From: Nevskiales bacterium
GTDB lineage: Bacteria > Pseudomonadota > Gammaproteobacteria > Nevskiales > JBOICV01
Length of the DNA stretch: 64,000 nt
Reading direction: 5' to 3'
Assembly: GCA_050740255.1 (NCBI GenBank)
Contig: JBOICV010000164.1
Location: 15,035-79,034, forward strand
Shown here: positions 36,401 through 44,289 of the stretch, piece by piece
Layout: each line of letters opens with the position of its first letter
Numbering within the stretch: position 1 is the stretch's first letter
Notes under the pieces: generated by a model
Told to the model about the DNA's origin: nothing
Databases searched by the model: none
Seen by the model: only the letters and a program-made list of their open reading frames with translations
Program-made: the position numbers and the translations under genes

Positions 36401-37363
36401 TCAGCTCCGCTCCTGCGGACGGTCCCAGGGGAACAAGCGGCGGCCGAGCCGGTCGAGCGCCGCGTCGGTGCCGAAGCCGATGATGCCGATGATGATGATC
36501 GCGGCGTAGACGTTGTCGAAGTGCTGATAGCGCGCCTGCTGGGTGATAAAAAAGGTGATGCCCGAGCTGGAGCCGATCAGTTCCGCCACGATCAGGTAGG
36601 TCCAGGCCCAGCCCAGCAGGATGCGCTGGTCGCGGTAGAGGTCGGGCAGGATGCCGGGGACCACCACCCGCGTCAGCAGGCGCAGGCGGCGCGCGCCCAG
36701 GGTCTTGGCCGCCTCGAGAATGGTGGTGTCGAGTTTACGCGTGGTGTTGGCGACGATCAGCACCTGCTGGAACAGGGTGCCGATGACGATGATGGCGATC
36801 TTGGGACTGTCGTAAATGCCCAGCACGGCTACCGCCAACGCGCCGAAGGCGGGCGCGGGCAGGTAGCGGAAGAATTCGATGAAAGGCTCGTTGAGCCGGG
36901 ACAGGGTGACGTAGGTGCCCGAGAGAATGCCCAGCGGCACGCCGATCAGCGAGGAGAGCAGGAAGCCCCAGGCGATGATCTGAACGCTATGCCACAGACT
37001 CTCGTGCAGCCAGGGCGCGTCCCTCTGTTCCGGCGCGCGAGTGAAGGCGGTGTAGAAGGCGGCCGCCACCCGATGCGGCGCCGGCAGGTAAATCGGGTTG
37101 GCCGCGCGGCCCTTGGGCAGCGCTAGTCCCTGGGCGCGCATCTGGGCGACCTCGTCGGCGAAGACATCCTTGTCTACCAGCATGCCGACCTGGAAATAAT
37201 CCACGGCGCCGACCTCCTCGACCAGCACCTTGGGGTGCCAGACGAAGGGGACGTAGCTGACCACGCACCAGAGCAGGGTCGGCAGCAGAAACGAGCCGAG
37301 CGTCAGCAGCGAGCGCCGGCGTCGTGGGCGCCATTGGGGAATCATGTGGACGCCGCTGCCCAT
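36401..37363 (-). CDS. ABC transporter permease (NitT/TauT family)
   Basis: ORF 36401..37399; ATG 37363 is preceded by GGGAGG 5 nt upstream. Multiple TM segments, BPD-transport EAA-like loop (EAAKTLGA). Confidence 0.8.
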   Translation of the reverse strand: MGSGVHMIPQWRPRRRRSLLTLGSFLLPTLLWCVVSYVPFVWHPKVLVEEVGAVDYFQVGMLVDKDVFADEVAQMRAQGLALPKGRAANPIYLPAPHRVAAAFYTAFTRAPEQRDAPWLHESLWHSVQIIAWGFLLSSLIGVPLGILSGTYVTLSRLNEPFIEFFRYLPAPAFGALAVAVLGIYDSPKIAIIVIGTLFQQVLIVANTTRKLDTTILEAAKTLGARRLRLLTRVVVPGILPDLYRDQRILLGWAWTYLIVAELIGSSSGITFFITQQARYQHFDNVYAAIIIIGIIGFGTDAALDRLGRRLFPWDRPQERS

Positions 37364-37413
37364 GGAGGCCTCCCGCCGACGCCGGGTCGGTGGGAACAAA
37401 AAAATAAACTCGG

Positions 37414-38412
37414 TTACTCGGCGTTGGTGAAGGACGGATCGAGATAGCTGTCAACGTTCTGTGGCGCCTTGTAGACGCCGTTAGTGACGTTGAAGCTGTC
37501 GGCTACCTTGGTGGAGCCATAGAGGGACTCGAAGCCGTCGCCCTCGACGTAAATCTTCCTGCCTTCACTCAGACTGAGGAGCTTGGTGCCCTTGAGCAGG
37601 GGCAGGTAAGCCTCGGGCGCAATGCCCACCCGGGCCGCCATGATCTTGACCGCATCCGGCTGGGTCTTGGGGTCCTCGATGTAGCTCACCACCCGATCCC
37701 AGACCTTGACCACCTTCTGCCAATCGGCGCGCCGGCTCTTGACGCTGGCTGGACTGACGGCGAGCACGTCGTAGATCAGCCCCGGTTCGTCGGCCGAGGT
37801 GTAGATGGGATGGGAGCCCGGCACGGCTTTCATCGCCTCGCCGATGACCGGCTGCCAGGCGCCTACCGCGGCGATGTCGGCCGCGCCCAGTATTTGCGGC
37901 ATTTCGTTGGTCTTGGCGTTGACCAGGGTGAGGTCGGATTCCTTGAGACCGGCTTTCTCCAGGCCGTTAAGCAACAGCAGGTGCTCCACCAGGCCGGCTT
38001 CCACCGCCACCTTCTTGCCCTTCAGGTCCTTGAGGGACTTGTACTGGGGCTTGGCGACGATCATGTCGTTGCCGTTGGAATAGTCGGTCAGCATCACCAT
38101 GATGCTCTTGGCGCCGCCGGCGCCGGTCACCAGCGCGTCGCCATTGGTCATGGTGACGGCATCAATCTTGCCGGCGGTGAAGGCGTCCATCGAGGCGGAA
38201 TAATCGAACCACTCGAAAGTGACGTCTACACCCGCCTCCTTGAACCAAGCCTTGTCTATCGCCACCTGCCAGGCCACCCAGCCCGGCCAGTCGCTATAGC
38301 CGATCTTGAGCGGCGCAGCCGCCTGGGTGGCGACGGATGCCAGCGTGGTGGCGCCCACCAGCAGGCCTGCGAACCAGCGTTTCACCCTTCCCCCGGTCCT
38401 GTTCGTTTCCAT
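37414..38412 (-). CDS. ABC transporter periplasmic substrate-binding protein (NMT1/THI5-like)
   Basis: ORF 37414..38556; ATG 38412 is preceded by AAGGAG 7 nt upstream. It gives signal peptide ..LVGATTLASVATQAAA followed by PLKIGYSDWPGW. Confidence 0.85.
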   Translation of the reverse strand: METNRTGGRVKRWFAGLLVGATTLASVATQAAAPLKIGYSDWPGWVAWQVAIDKAWFKEAGVDVTFEWFDYSASMDAFTAGKIDAVTMTNGDALVTGAGGAKSIMVMLTDYSNGNDMIVAKPQYKSLKDLKGKKVAVEAGLVEHLLLLNGLEKAGLKESDLTLVNAKTNEMPQILGAADIAAVGAWQPVIGEAMKAVPGSHPIYTSADEPGLIYDVLAVSPASVKSRRADWQKVVKVWDRVVSYIEDPKTQPDAVKIMAARVGIAPEAYLPLLKGTKLLSLSEGRKIYVEGDGFESLYGSTKVADSFNVTNGVYKAPQNVDSYLDPSFTNAE

Positions 38413-38434
38413 GGTTCGACTCCTTGAAGATGCG

Positions 38435-38462
38435 GTATTACGATTCAACACGAAAGTCATAC
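38435..38462 (-). promoter_or_regulatory. NikR-type operator candidate GTATGA-N16-TAATAC
   Basis: The minus strand reads GTATGA-ctttcgtgttgaatcg-TAATAC (plus strand GTATTA 38435-38440, TCATAC 38457-38462). This is one mismatch from the E. coli nik operator GTATGA-N16-TCATAC. It lies between the sigma54 promoter and the SD/ATG of the first operon gene. Confidence 0.5.
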
Positions 38463-38482
38463 TTGGCGCGTCCTCTATCTCT

Positions 38483-38498
38483 AGCAAGAACGGGGCCA
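38483..38498 (-). promoter_or_regulatory. sigma54 (-24/-12) promoter of the ABC-to-carboxylase operon
   Basis: The minus strand reads TGGCCC-CGTTC-TTGCT, with exact GG-N10-GC spacing versus consensus TGGCAC-N5-TTGCW. It is about 70 nt upstream of ATG 38412. Confidence 0.6.
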
Positions 38499-38814
38499 GT
38501 GCCGGGTCAGCGGTCAAGCGTCTGTTTGCGCCAGGTTTGTGGTTTTTCGGGGGCACAGGCGGCCCTTGGGCGCCCGTTCAGCCTTGTGCGAGTGCGCCGA
38601 TGCACCAAAGTAAGCGCGTAGGGAAGCGCACCGGGTTAGCGGCGCGTAGCCGGTTCCGTGTCATTCACGCACCACTGTCTTGGTCCTGGTGTCCGTGACT
38701 TACGCGGGAGATCGCGCAGACCGGCCCTAACTCAGGTTGACCCACGACCGGTTGCGGAGTAATTTCGCTGGGAGGGGCGCTGACATTCCTATTCTTTTGG
38801 GGGACAAGCACGAC

Positions 38815-40635
38815 GTGCAGGAGCGCGCCGATGCGTCCGGCCTCGGCCTCGATTTGACGACCCTCACGGCCCGGTACGGGGCCGGCGCTACGACCCCCTC
38901 GGAGGTCGTCCGCGTCGTCTACCGGCGCATCCCCGAGTACCTCTCGAACCCCCTCTGGATCACCCTCCGGCCCGAGGAGGACGTCCTCGGCGAGGCCCTG
39001 GCCCTCGAAGCGCGCGGGCCCGCGCGAGGGCCGCTCTACGGACTGCCCTTCGCGGTCAAGGACAACCTCGACTGCGCGGGGTTGCCGACGACCGCGGCCT
39101 GCCCGGCCCTGACCTATATCCCCGCGAAGAGCGCCCATGCGGTGCAACGTCTCCTGGATGCCGGGGCCCTCCTCATCGGCAAGACCAACCTGGACCAGCT
39201 CGCGACCGGGCTCACGGGTACTCGTTCGCCGCACGGTGTCTGCCGCAACCTGTTCGATGAGCGTTACATCGCCGGGGGCTCGAGCAGCGGCTCGGCGCTC
39301 TCGGTGGCCGCGGGTCTCGTCTCTTTCGCGCTCGGTACCGACACGGCCGGCTCGGGCCGGGTGCCGGCGGCGTTCAACAACATCGTGGGTCTCAAGCCGA
39401 CGCGCGGGCTGGTGAGCACCCGCGGGCTGGTGCCGGCCTGCCGCTCGCTCGACTGCGTCTCGGTCTTTGCGCTCTCCTCGACCGACGCGCTGGCGGTCCT
39501 GCGCGTGCTTGCCGGCCACGACCCCGAGGACCCGTATTCGCGGTCGGACGCCTCGGTGATCGGGCTTGCGCCCGTCGCGCCGCCGGCGAGCTTTCGGTTC
39601 GGCGTCCCGAACGCGCTCGAGTTCTTCGGCGACGGCGAGGCGGAGCGGCTCTTTCACGCCGCGCTGCGACGCCTCGAGACGCTCGGCGGCACAGCCATCG
39701 AGATCGATTTCGCCGCGTACCGGGAAGCCGGGCGGCTCCTCTACGGCGGCCCCTGGCTCGCCGAGCGCTTCCTCGCACTCGCGCCCCTCCTGGCGCGCGA
39801 TCCCGATGTCCTGCACCCCGTCGTGCGCGCCGTGGTCGAACCCGGGGGACGACACTCGGCTGCCGAGTGTTTCGCCGCGCAGCATCGGCTACAGGCACTC
39901 GTCCAGGCCACCCGCCGAGACTGGGCGGCGATGGACCTCCTCGTCACCCCCACGGCCGGGACGTGTTATACGCGCGCGGCCATTGAGGAGGAGCCCATCC
40001 GGCGCAACGCCGATCTCGGGTACTACACGAACTTCGTCAACCTCATGGATCTGTGCGCCCTGGCCGTGCCCGCCGGCTTCACCGGCTCGGGTCTGCCGTT
40101 CGGGGTGTCGCTGCTCGCACCCCCCTTCCGTGAAGGCTTCTTGTGCGCGCTGGGCCATGCGCTACACGCCGCGCAAGGGTTGACGGTGGGGGCGACCCGC
40201 CATCGTCTGCCTGTCGGTCCGGCCGCGCTACCAGCGGACGGCACGACGGTGCGGCTCTGCGTCTGCGGTGCGCACATGTCGGGACTGCCCTTGAACGGCG
40301 AGCTGCTGCGGCTGGGTGCGCGGTTTGTCGGACCCGCGCGCACGGCGCCGCGTTACCGTCTTTATTGCCTCGATCGCTTCGCGCCCCCGCGGCCGGGGCT
40401 CGTGCGCGAGGCGCTCGGCGCCGCGATCGAGGTCGAGGTGTGGGCGCTGCCGGTCGCGGGCTTCGGCGCCCTGGTCGCCGGGATTCCCGCCCCACTCGCG
40501 ATCGGACGGGTCGAGCTCGAGACCGGGGAGGAGGTCGCGGGCTTCCTGTGCGAGGCCCACGCGACCGAGGGCGCCCGCGACATCACCACGCATGGCGGTT
40601 GGCGCGGGTATCTGGCCACCGGGGGCGGGCCATGA
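38815..40635 (+). CDS. atzF: allophanate hydrolase (amidase-signature family)
   Basis: ORF 38737..40635. Amidase signature GGSSSGSA and the C-terminal AtzF-type domain are present. The start is uncertain: TTG 38737 coincides with a -35-like TTGACC, so I prefer GTG 38815, preceded by GGGGGA. Confidence 0.85.
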   Translation: MQERADASGLGLDLTTLTARYGAGATTPSEVVRVVYRRIPEYLSNPLWITLRPEEDVLGEALALEARGPARGPLYGLPFAVKDNLDCAGLPTTAACPALTYIPAKSAHAVQRLLDAGALLIGKTNLDQLATGLTGTRSPHGVCRNLFDERYIAGGSSSGSALSVAAGLVSFALGTDTAGSGRVPAAFNNIVGLKPTRGLVSTRGLVPACRSLDCVSVFALSSTDALAVLRVLAGHDPEDPYSRSDASVIGLAPVAPPASFRFGVPNALEFFGDGEAERLFHAALRRLETLGGTAIEIDFAAYREAGRLLYGGPWLAERFLALAPLLARDPDVLHPVVRAVVEPGGRHSAAECFAAQHRLQALVQATRRDWAAMDLLVTPTAGTCYTRAAIEEEPIRRNADLGYYTNFVNLMDLCALAVPAGFTGSGLPFGVSLLAPPFREGFLCALGHALHAAQGLTVGATRHRLPVGPAALPADGTTVRLCVCGAHMSGLPLNGELLRLGARFVGPARTAPRYRLYCLDRFAPPRPGLVREALGAAIEVEVWALPVAGFGALVAGIPAPLAIGRVELETGEEVAGFLCEAHATEGARDITTHGGWRGYLATGGGP

Positions 40636-40682
40636 GCGCGGTTACCCCTACACTTTACGCCTCCCTTCCGGATTGAGCCGCG

Positions 40683-41576
40683 ATGGGAACCCGGCTGTTC
40701 AAGGCGGCGAAAAGTCCGCACCTCGTGGCCTTTGATGGCAGGTTCAAGCTCAAGCACGCGCCGACCGAAGCACCCAAGGGCGCGCCGGATAAAACCGCGG
40801 CGAAAGCGCGGCTGGCGGAACTGGTCAAAAAGCTCGACGAGCTGCAGCGCGTACTCTACGCGCATGACAATCATTCGGTATTGCTGGTGTTTCAGGCGAT
40901 GGATGCCGCCGGCAAGGACAGCACCATCCGCGCGGTGCTGAGCGGTGTGGATCCCGCCGGCTGCGAGGTCTACTCCTTCAAGCGGCCCAGCGAACAGGAG
41001 CTGGGCCACGACTTTCTGTGGCGCACCGCGCAATGTCTGCCGCAGCGCGGCCGCATCGGCGTGTTCAATCGCAGCTATTACGAAGAGGTGCTGGCGGTGT
41101 GCGTGCATCCGGAATTTCTGGGCGCACAAAAACTGCCGGCCTTGCCCAAAAATCTGGATCGGTTATGGGAAGAGCGCTACAAATCCATCCGCGACCATGA
41201 AAAGCATCTGGCGCGCAGCGGCACCCTGATTCTCAAGTTCTGGCTGAACGTCTCGGCCGAGGAACAACGCAAGCGTTTTATGACGCGATTGCAGGAACCC
41301 GAGAAGAACTGGAAATTCGAACTGGCCGATGTACGCGAACGTGGCTTCTGGCGGCAATACATGCGGGCCTATGAGGACGCACTGAACGCGACCTCGCGTC
41401 CCTGGGCGCCGTGGTATGCGATTCCGGCCGACAACAAAGCTTACATGCGCATGGCGGTGGCCGAAATCATCGTGCGCAGCCTGAAAAAGCTCGACTTGCA
41501 TTACCCGCGTCTTGAGGCAGACGAGCTGGCCAAGTTCGCTCGGCTCAGGCGCCAGCTCGCGCGCAAAGACGCGTAG
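40683..41576 (+). CDS. ppk2: polyphosphate kinase 2 family protein
   Basis: 297 aa with the PPK2 Walker-like motif FQAMDAAGKDSTI and lid motif. Confidence 0.9.
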   Translation: MGTRLFKAAKSPHLVAFDGRFKLKHAPTEAPKGAPDKTAAKARLAELVKKLDELQRVLYAHDNHSVLLVFQAMDAAGKDSTIRAVLSGVDPAGCEVYSFKRPSEQELGHDFLWRTAQCLPQRGRIGVFNRSYYEEVLAVCVHPEFLGAQKLPALPKNLDRLWEERYKSIRDHEKHLARSGTLILKFWLNVSAEEQRKRFMTRLQEPEKNWKFELADVRERGFWRQYMRAYEDALNATSRPWAPWYAIPADNKAYMRMAVAEIIVRSLKKLDLHYPRLEADELAKFARLRRQLARKDA

Positions 41577-41621
41577 CCGAATTTGGACAGTGTTTCAGTT
41601 TGCCGCCTAACCTTTGAGCTC

Positions 41622-41695
41622 GTCATTCCCGCGCAATCGGGAATCTTGGCCGCAAAAAGATTCCGGATAGCCGCTATGCGGCTTCCGGAATGACG
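41622..41695. repeat. REP-like hairpin pair (GTCATTCC.. family)
   Basis: ATTCCCG/CGGGAAT (41625-41643), and ATTCCGGA..GCCGC-TAT-GCGGC..TCCGGAAT-GAC (41660-41694). Confidence 0.8.
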
Positions 41696-41745
41696 GGTTG
41701 ATGGCGACTGAACGCTGAACTGAGGCACCACCAGACAAAAAAGGC

Positions 41746-41776
41746 CGGCTTACGCCGGCCTTTTTGCAAGCAGTGA
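41746..41776. terminator. bidirectional rho-independent terminator
   Basis: AAGGCCGGC-TTAC-GCCGGCCTT stem flanked by an A-run (5') and a T-run (3'). It lies 5 nt from the stop of the minus-strand TorF gene and downstream of ppk2. Confidence 0.75.
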
Positions 41777-41780
41777 ATCT

Positions 41781-42557
41781 TTACAAGCTTCGCGCAACCG
41801 TGAACACCACGCGCCCTTCGCACACGTCCTCGCCCACACCCGCGAACAGCAAACAGTCTTTCTCGTTCAGATCGGTGTCGGTGTAGGCCAGCGTGAAATT
41901 CAGGCCGGCCGCCGCCAGTCCGAGCGCGACGCTGTAGTCCGTGTAGCTGTCCTCGAGGGCGACGGGGAGGGGTGGCACGAGCGTTTCCTTATCCAGCGTC
42001 TGATGGCCGACGTGGAAGCCCAGCGAGAAATTATTCTGTAACGGTATGCCCAGGTTCGCTTCGTAGTAAAAACCGTCATCGAAGGCAAGCCCGAAGAAAT
42101 CCGGCGAATAGTGGATTTTGCCGTTGATATTGAAAGTGCCGAAGTCGTAGAACAGCGCCGGGGTCAGCTCGAGATAGTCGTATTCCAGCTGGCTGTCGGT
42201 GCCCGGGTAGAGGAAGTACGTCAGATTGATGTCCCAGCCGGCTTTTTCGTTCGGGAACTTGCCACCCCAGCCGACATAGATATCGAACTCGACTTGCCCG
42301 TCGTCAACCTCAAGGGGATCGGGTAGCAGTTCGTTTTCGTTGAAGTCCACATTGGAACCCCATACTCCGGCGTAAAACCCGTTGTCCTCCTTGAAGTCTA
42401 TGCTGCCCTGAAACGCCGGGTCTTGTGAACTTTGCGAGATGCCGCGGAAGACGTAATCGCTGGTTAAATAAACGGTGCCGCTAAAGCCGGTCGCGAGCGC
42501 TGCGCTACTCAATCCCGCCAAGGCGGCCGCCACACCTGCTGTGAAAATCTTACGCAT
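41781..42557 (-). CDS. TorF-family putative porin, copy 3
   Basis: 258 aa. Signal peptide, then the signature LTSDYVFRGISQ..AFQGSIDF. Confidence 0.8.
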   Translation of the reverse strand: MRKIFTAGVAAALAGLSSAALATGFSGTVYLTSDYVFRGISQSSQDPAFQGSIDFKEDNGFYAGVWGSNVDFNENELLPDPLEVDDGQVEFDIYVGWGGKFPNEKAGWDINLTYFLYPGTDSQLEYDYLELTPALFYDFGTFNINGKIHYSPDFFGLAFDDGFYYEANLGIPLQNNFSLGFHVGHQTLDKETLVPPLPVALEDSYTDYSVALGLAAAGLNFTLAYTDTDLNEKDCLLFAGVGEDVCEGRVVFTVARSL

Positions 42558-42625
42558 GGTTCTCTCCCTTTAATGTGCTTGGGCGAGGTCGGCCCGCGCG
42601 GGCCTGGCTCGCAGTGGTTGTATAT

Positions 42626-42641
42626 AGCATCATCTATGCCA
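42626..42641 (-). promoter_or_regulatory. sigma54 (-24/-12) promoter candidate for TorF copy 3
   Basis: The minus strand reads TGGCAT-AGATG-ATGCT with exact GG-N10-GC spacing, about 70 nt upstream of ATG 42557. Confidence 0.5.
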
Positions 42642-42662
42642 GCGTGGCAGCCCTTGACGAAA

Positions 42663-44174
42663 TCAGGCCGCTAGGGTTCGGTCCAGCTGGCGGTAAGCGA
42701 TCGCTTCGCTGACCTGGGGCAGATCCACCGCCTGGGCGCCGTCGAGATCCGCGATAGTGCGCGCCACTTTAAGCACGCGGTGATAGGCGCGGGCCGATAG
42801 CGCCAGGCGTTCGAGTGCCTGCTCCAGCACGGCGCGTGCGGCCGGCGTCGGCACGGCGTCGCGTTCCACTTCCTTGGACGTGAGCGCAGCATTGGGTTTG
42901 CCCGCGCGAGCAAGCTGGCGTTCGCGCGCAGCGCAGGCCCGCGTCCGCACTTCGCTGCTGCTGGGGCTGGCCGGCGCTTCGGTTCGCGTCAGTGCTTTTT
43001 TGTCCACCCGCGCTACATTCACGTGCAGATCGATGCGGTCGAGCAGCGGCCCGGAGATACGGCCGGCGTAACGCTGCACCTGCTCACTGGTGCAGCGGCA
43101 TCTGCCGCTCGGATCGCCGAGATAACCGCAAGGACAGGGATTCATCGCCGCGACCAATTGAAAACGCGCCGGAAACTCCATCTGCTGCGCCGCACGCGAG
43201 ATGCTGATGTGACCGCTCTCCAGCGGCTCGCGCAGCACTTCCAGCACGCGGCGGTCGAATTCCGGCAGCTCATCGAGGAATAACACGCCGCAGTGCGCGA
43301 GTGTGATCTCACCGGGGCGCGGCACGCTGCCGCCGCCGACCAGCGCCACCGCGGACGCGGTGTGATGCGGGCCTCTGAAGGGGCGCAAACCCCAGTGCGC
43401 GTAGTCGAAGCCGCCACGGCTGACCGATTGCACCATCGCCACCTCCAAGGCCTCGGCCTCAGTCAGGGGCGGCAGCAATCCCGGCAGACGCGCAGCGAGC
43501 ATCGATTTGCCGCTGCCGGGCGGACCGAGCATGAGCAGGCTGTGGCCGCCCGCGGCGGCAATCACCAGCGCGCGCTTGGCCTGGTGCTGGCCGCGCACTT
43601 CGCTTAAGTCGGGAATCTCGCGGTGTGAGGCGGGCGCTGGCGGCTCGGGCCGCGTTAGCGTCTCCTGCCCCGCCAGAAACGCACAGACCTGCAGCAAGGT
43701 TTTCGCAGCGCGGGCACTGACGCCCTGGGCCAGGACGCTCTCCGGACCATTGAGCTCCGGCACTACCAGCGTGCGTTTCTCATCACGGCAGCGCAGGGCC
43801 GACGGCAGTACACCGGTGACCGGTCGGAGCTCGCCCGATAGCGACAGCTCGCCGAGAAATTCGTACTCCGCCAGCTTGGCCGCGTTGACCTGACCGGAGG
43901 CCGCAAGCACACCGAGCGCGATCGCCAGATCGAAGCGCCCGCCTTCCTTCGGCAAATCGGCCGGCGCAAGATTGACGGTGATTCTGCGATTGGGAAACTC
44001 GAAGCCGCTGTTGACGATTGCGGCCCGGACGCGGTCTTTGCTTTCCTTAACCGCCGCTTCCGGCAGGCCCACCAGCGACAGCGCGGGCAGGCCGGCGGCG
44101 AGATCTACTTCGACCGCTACGGGCGGTGCGCCGAGCCCGTCCTGAGCACGGCTGAACACGGTGGCCAGCGGCAT
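42663..44174 (-). CDS. comM: YifB/ComM family Mg-chelatase-like AAA+ ATPase
   Basis: 503 aa. Lon-protease-like N-domain, Walker A GPPGSGKS, ChlI-type core, C-terminal HTH-like tail. Confidence 0.9.
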   Translation of the reverse strand: MPLATVFSRAQDGLGAPPVAVEVDLAAGLPALSLVGLPEAAVKESKDRVRAAIVNSGFEFPNRRITVNLAPADLPKEGGRFDLAIALGVLAASGQVNAAKLAEYEFLGELSLSGELRPVTGVLPSALRCRDEKRTLVVPELNGPESVLAQGVSARAAKTLLQVCAFLAGQETLTRPEPPAPASHREIPDLSEVRGQHQAKRALVIAAAGGHSLLMLGPPGSGKSMLAARLPGLLPPLTEAEALEVAMVQSVSRGGFDYAHWGLRPFRGPHHTASAVALVGGGSVPRPGEITLAHCGVLFLDELPEFDRRVLEVLREPLESGHISISRAAQQMEFPARFQLVAAMNPCPCGYLGDPSGRCRCTSEQVQRYAGRISGPLLDRIDLHVNVARVDKKALTRTEAPASPSSSEVRTRACAARERQLARAGKPNAALTSKEVERDAVPTPAARAVLEQALERLALSARAYHRVLKVARTIADLDGAQAVDLPQVSEAIAYRQLDRTLAA

Positions 44175-44180
44175 CAGGAA

Positions 44181-44270
44181 ATCCCCCCGGCGCTACGCGC
44201 CGGCCCCCTTTTTGCAAGGGGGCACTGCAGTACTCCCCCCTTTCGTAAAGGGGGGCGAGGGGGGATTTCT
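44181..44270. repeat. cluster of three G/C hairpins (CCCCC..GGGGG REP family)
   Basis: CCGGCGC-TAC-GCGCCGG (44187-44203), CCCCCTT..AAGGGGG (44204-44222) and CCCCCCTTT-CGT-AAAGGGGGG (44235-44255). Confidence 0.8.
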
Positions 44271-44289
44271 TCGATACCGCAGACAACCC

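Noticed and set aside
38645-38735. Fragments resembling the guanidine-I (ykkC) core on the plus strand: GGTTCCG at 38652-38658, TGGTCC at 38681-38686, ACGCGGGAGA at 38702-38711. On the minus strand, AGGACCAAGAC resembles part of guanidine-III.
   Set aside because: The matches are short. They lack the invariant GGUCCGAGAG and AAAGCCCGGGAG blocks and the required pairing partners. The same bases cannot be both motifs on opposite strands, so I treat them as chance. A covariance-model search is still needed for certainty.
38737-38814. TTG 38737 as the allophanate hydrolase start (ORF-track start).
   Set aside because: TTGACC at 38737-38742 with TAATTT 17 nt downstream looks more like a sigma70 -35/-10 pair than coding sequence. 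The first 26 residues have no counterpart in the usual AtzF N-terminus. GTG 38815 is preferred, but the start remains uncertain.
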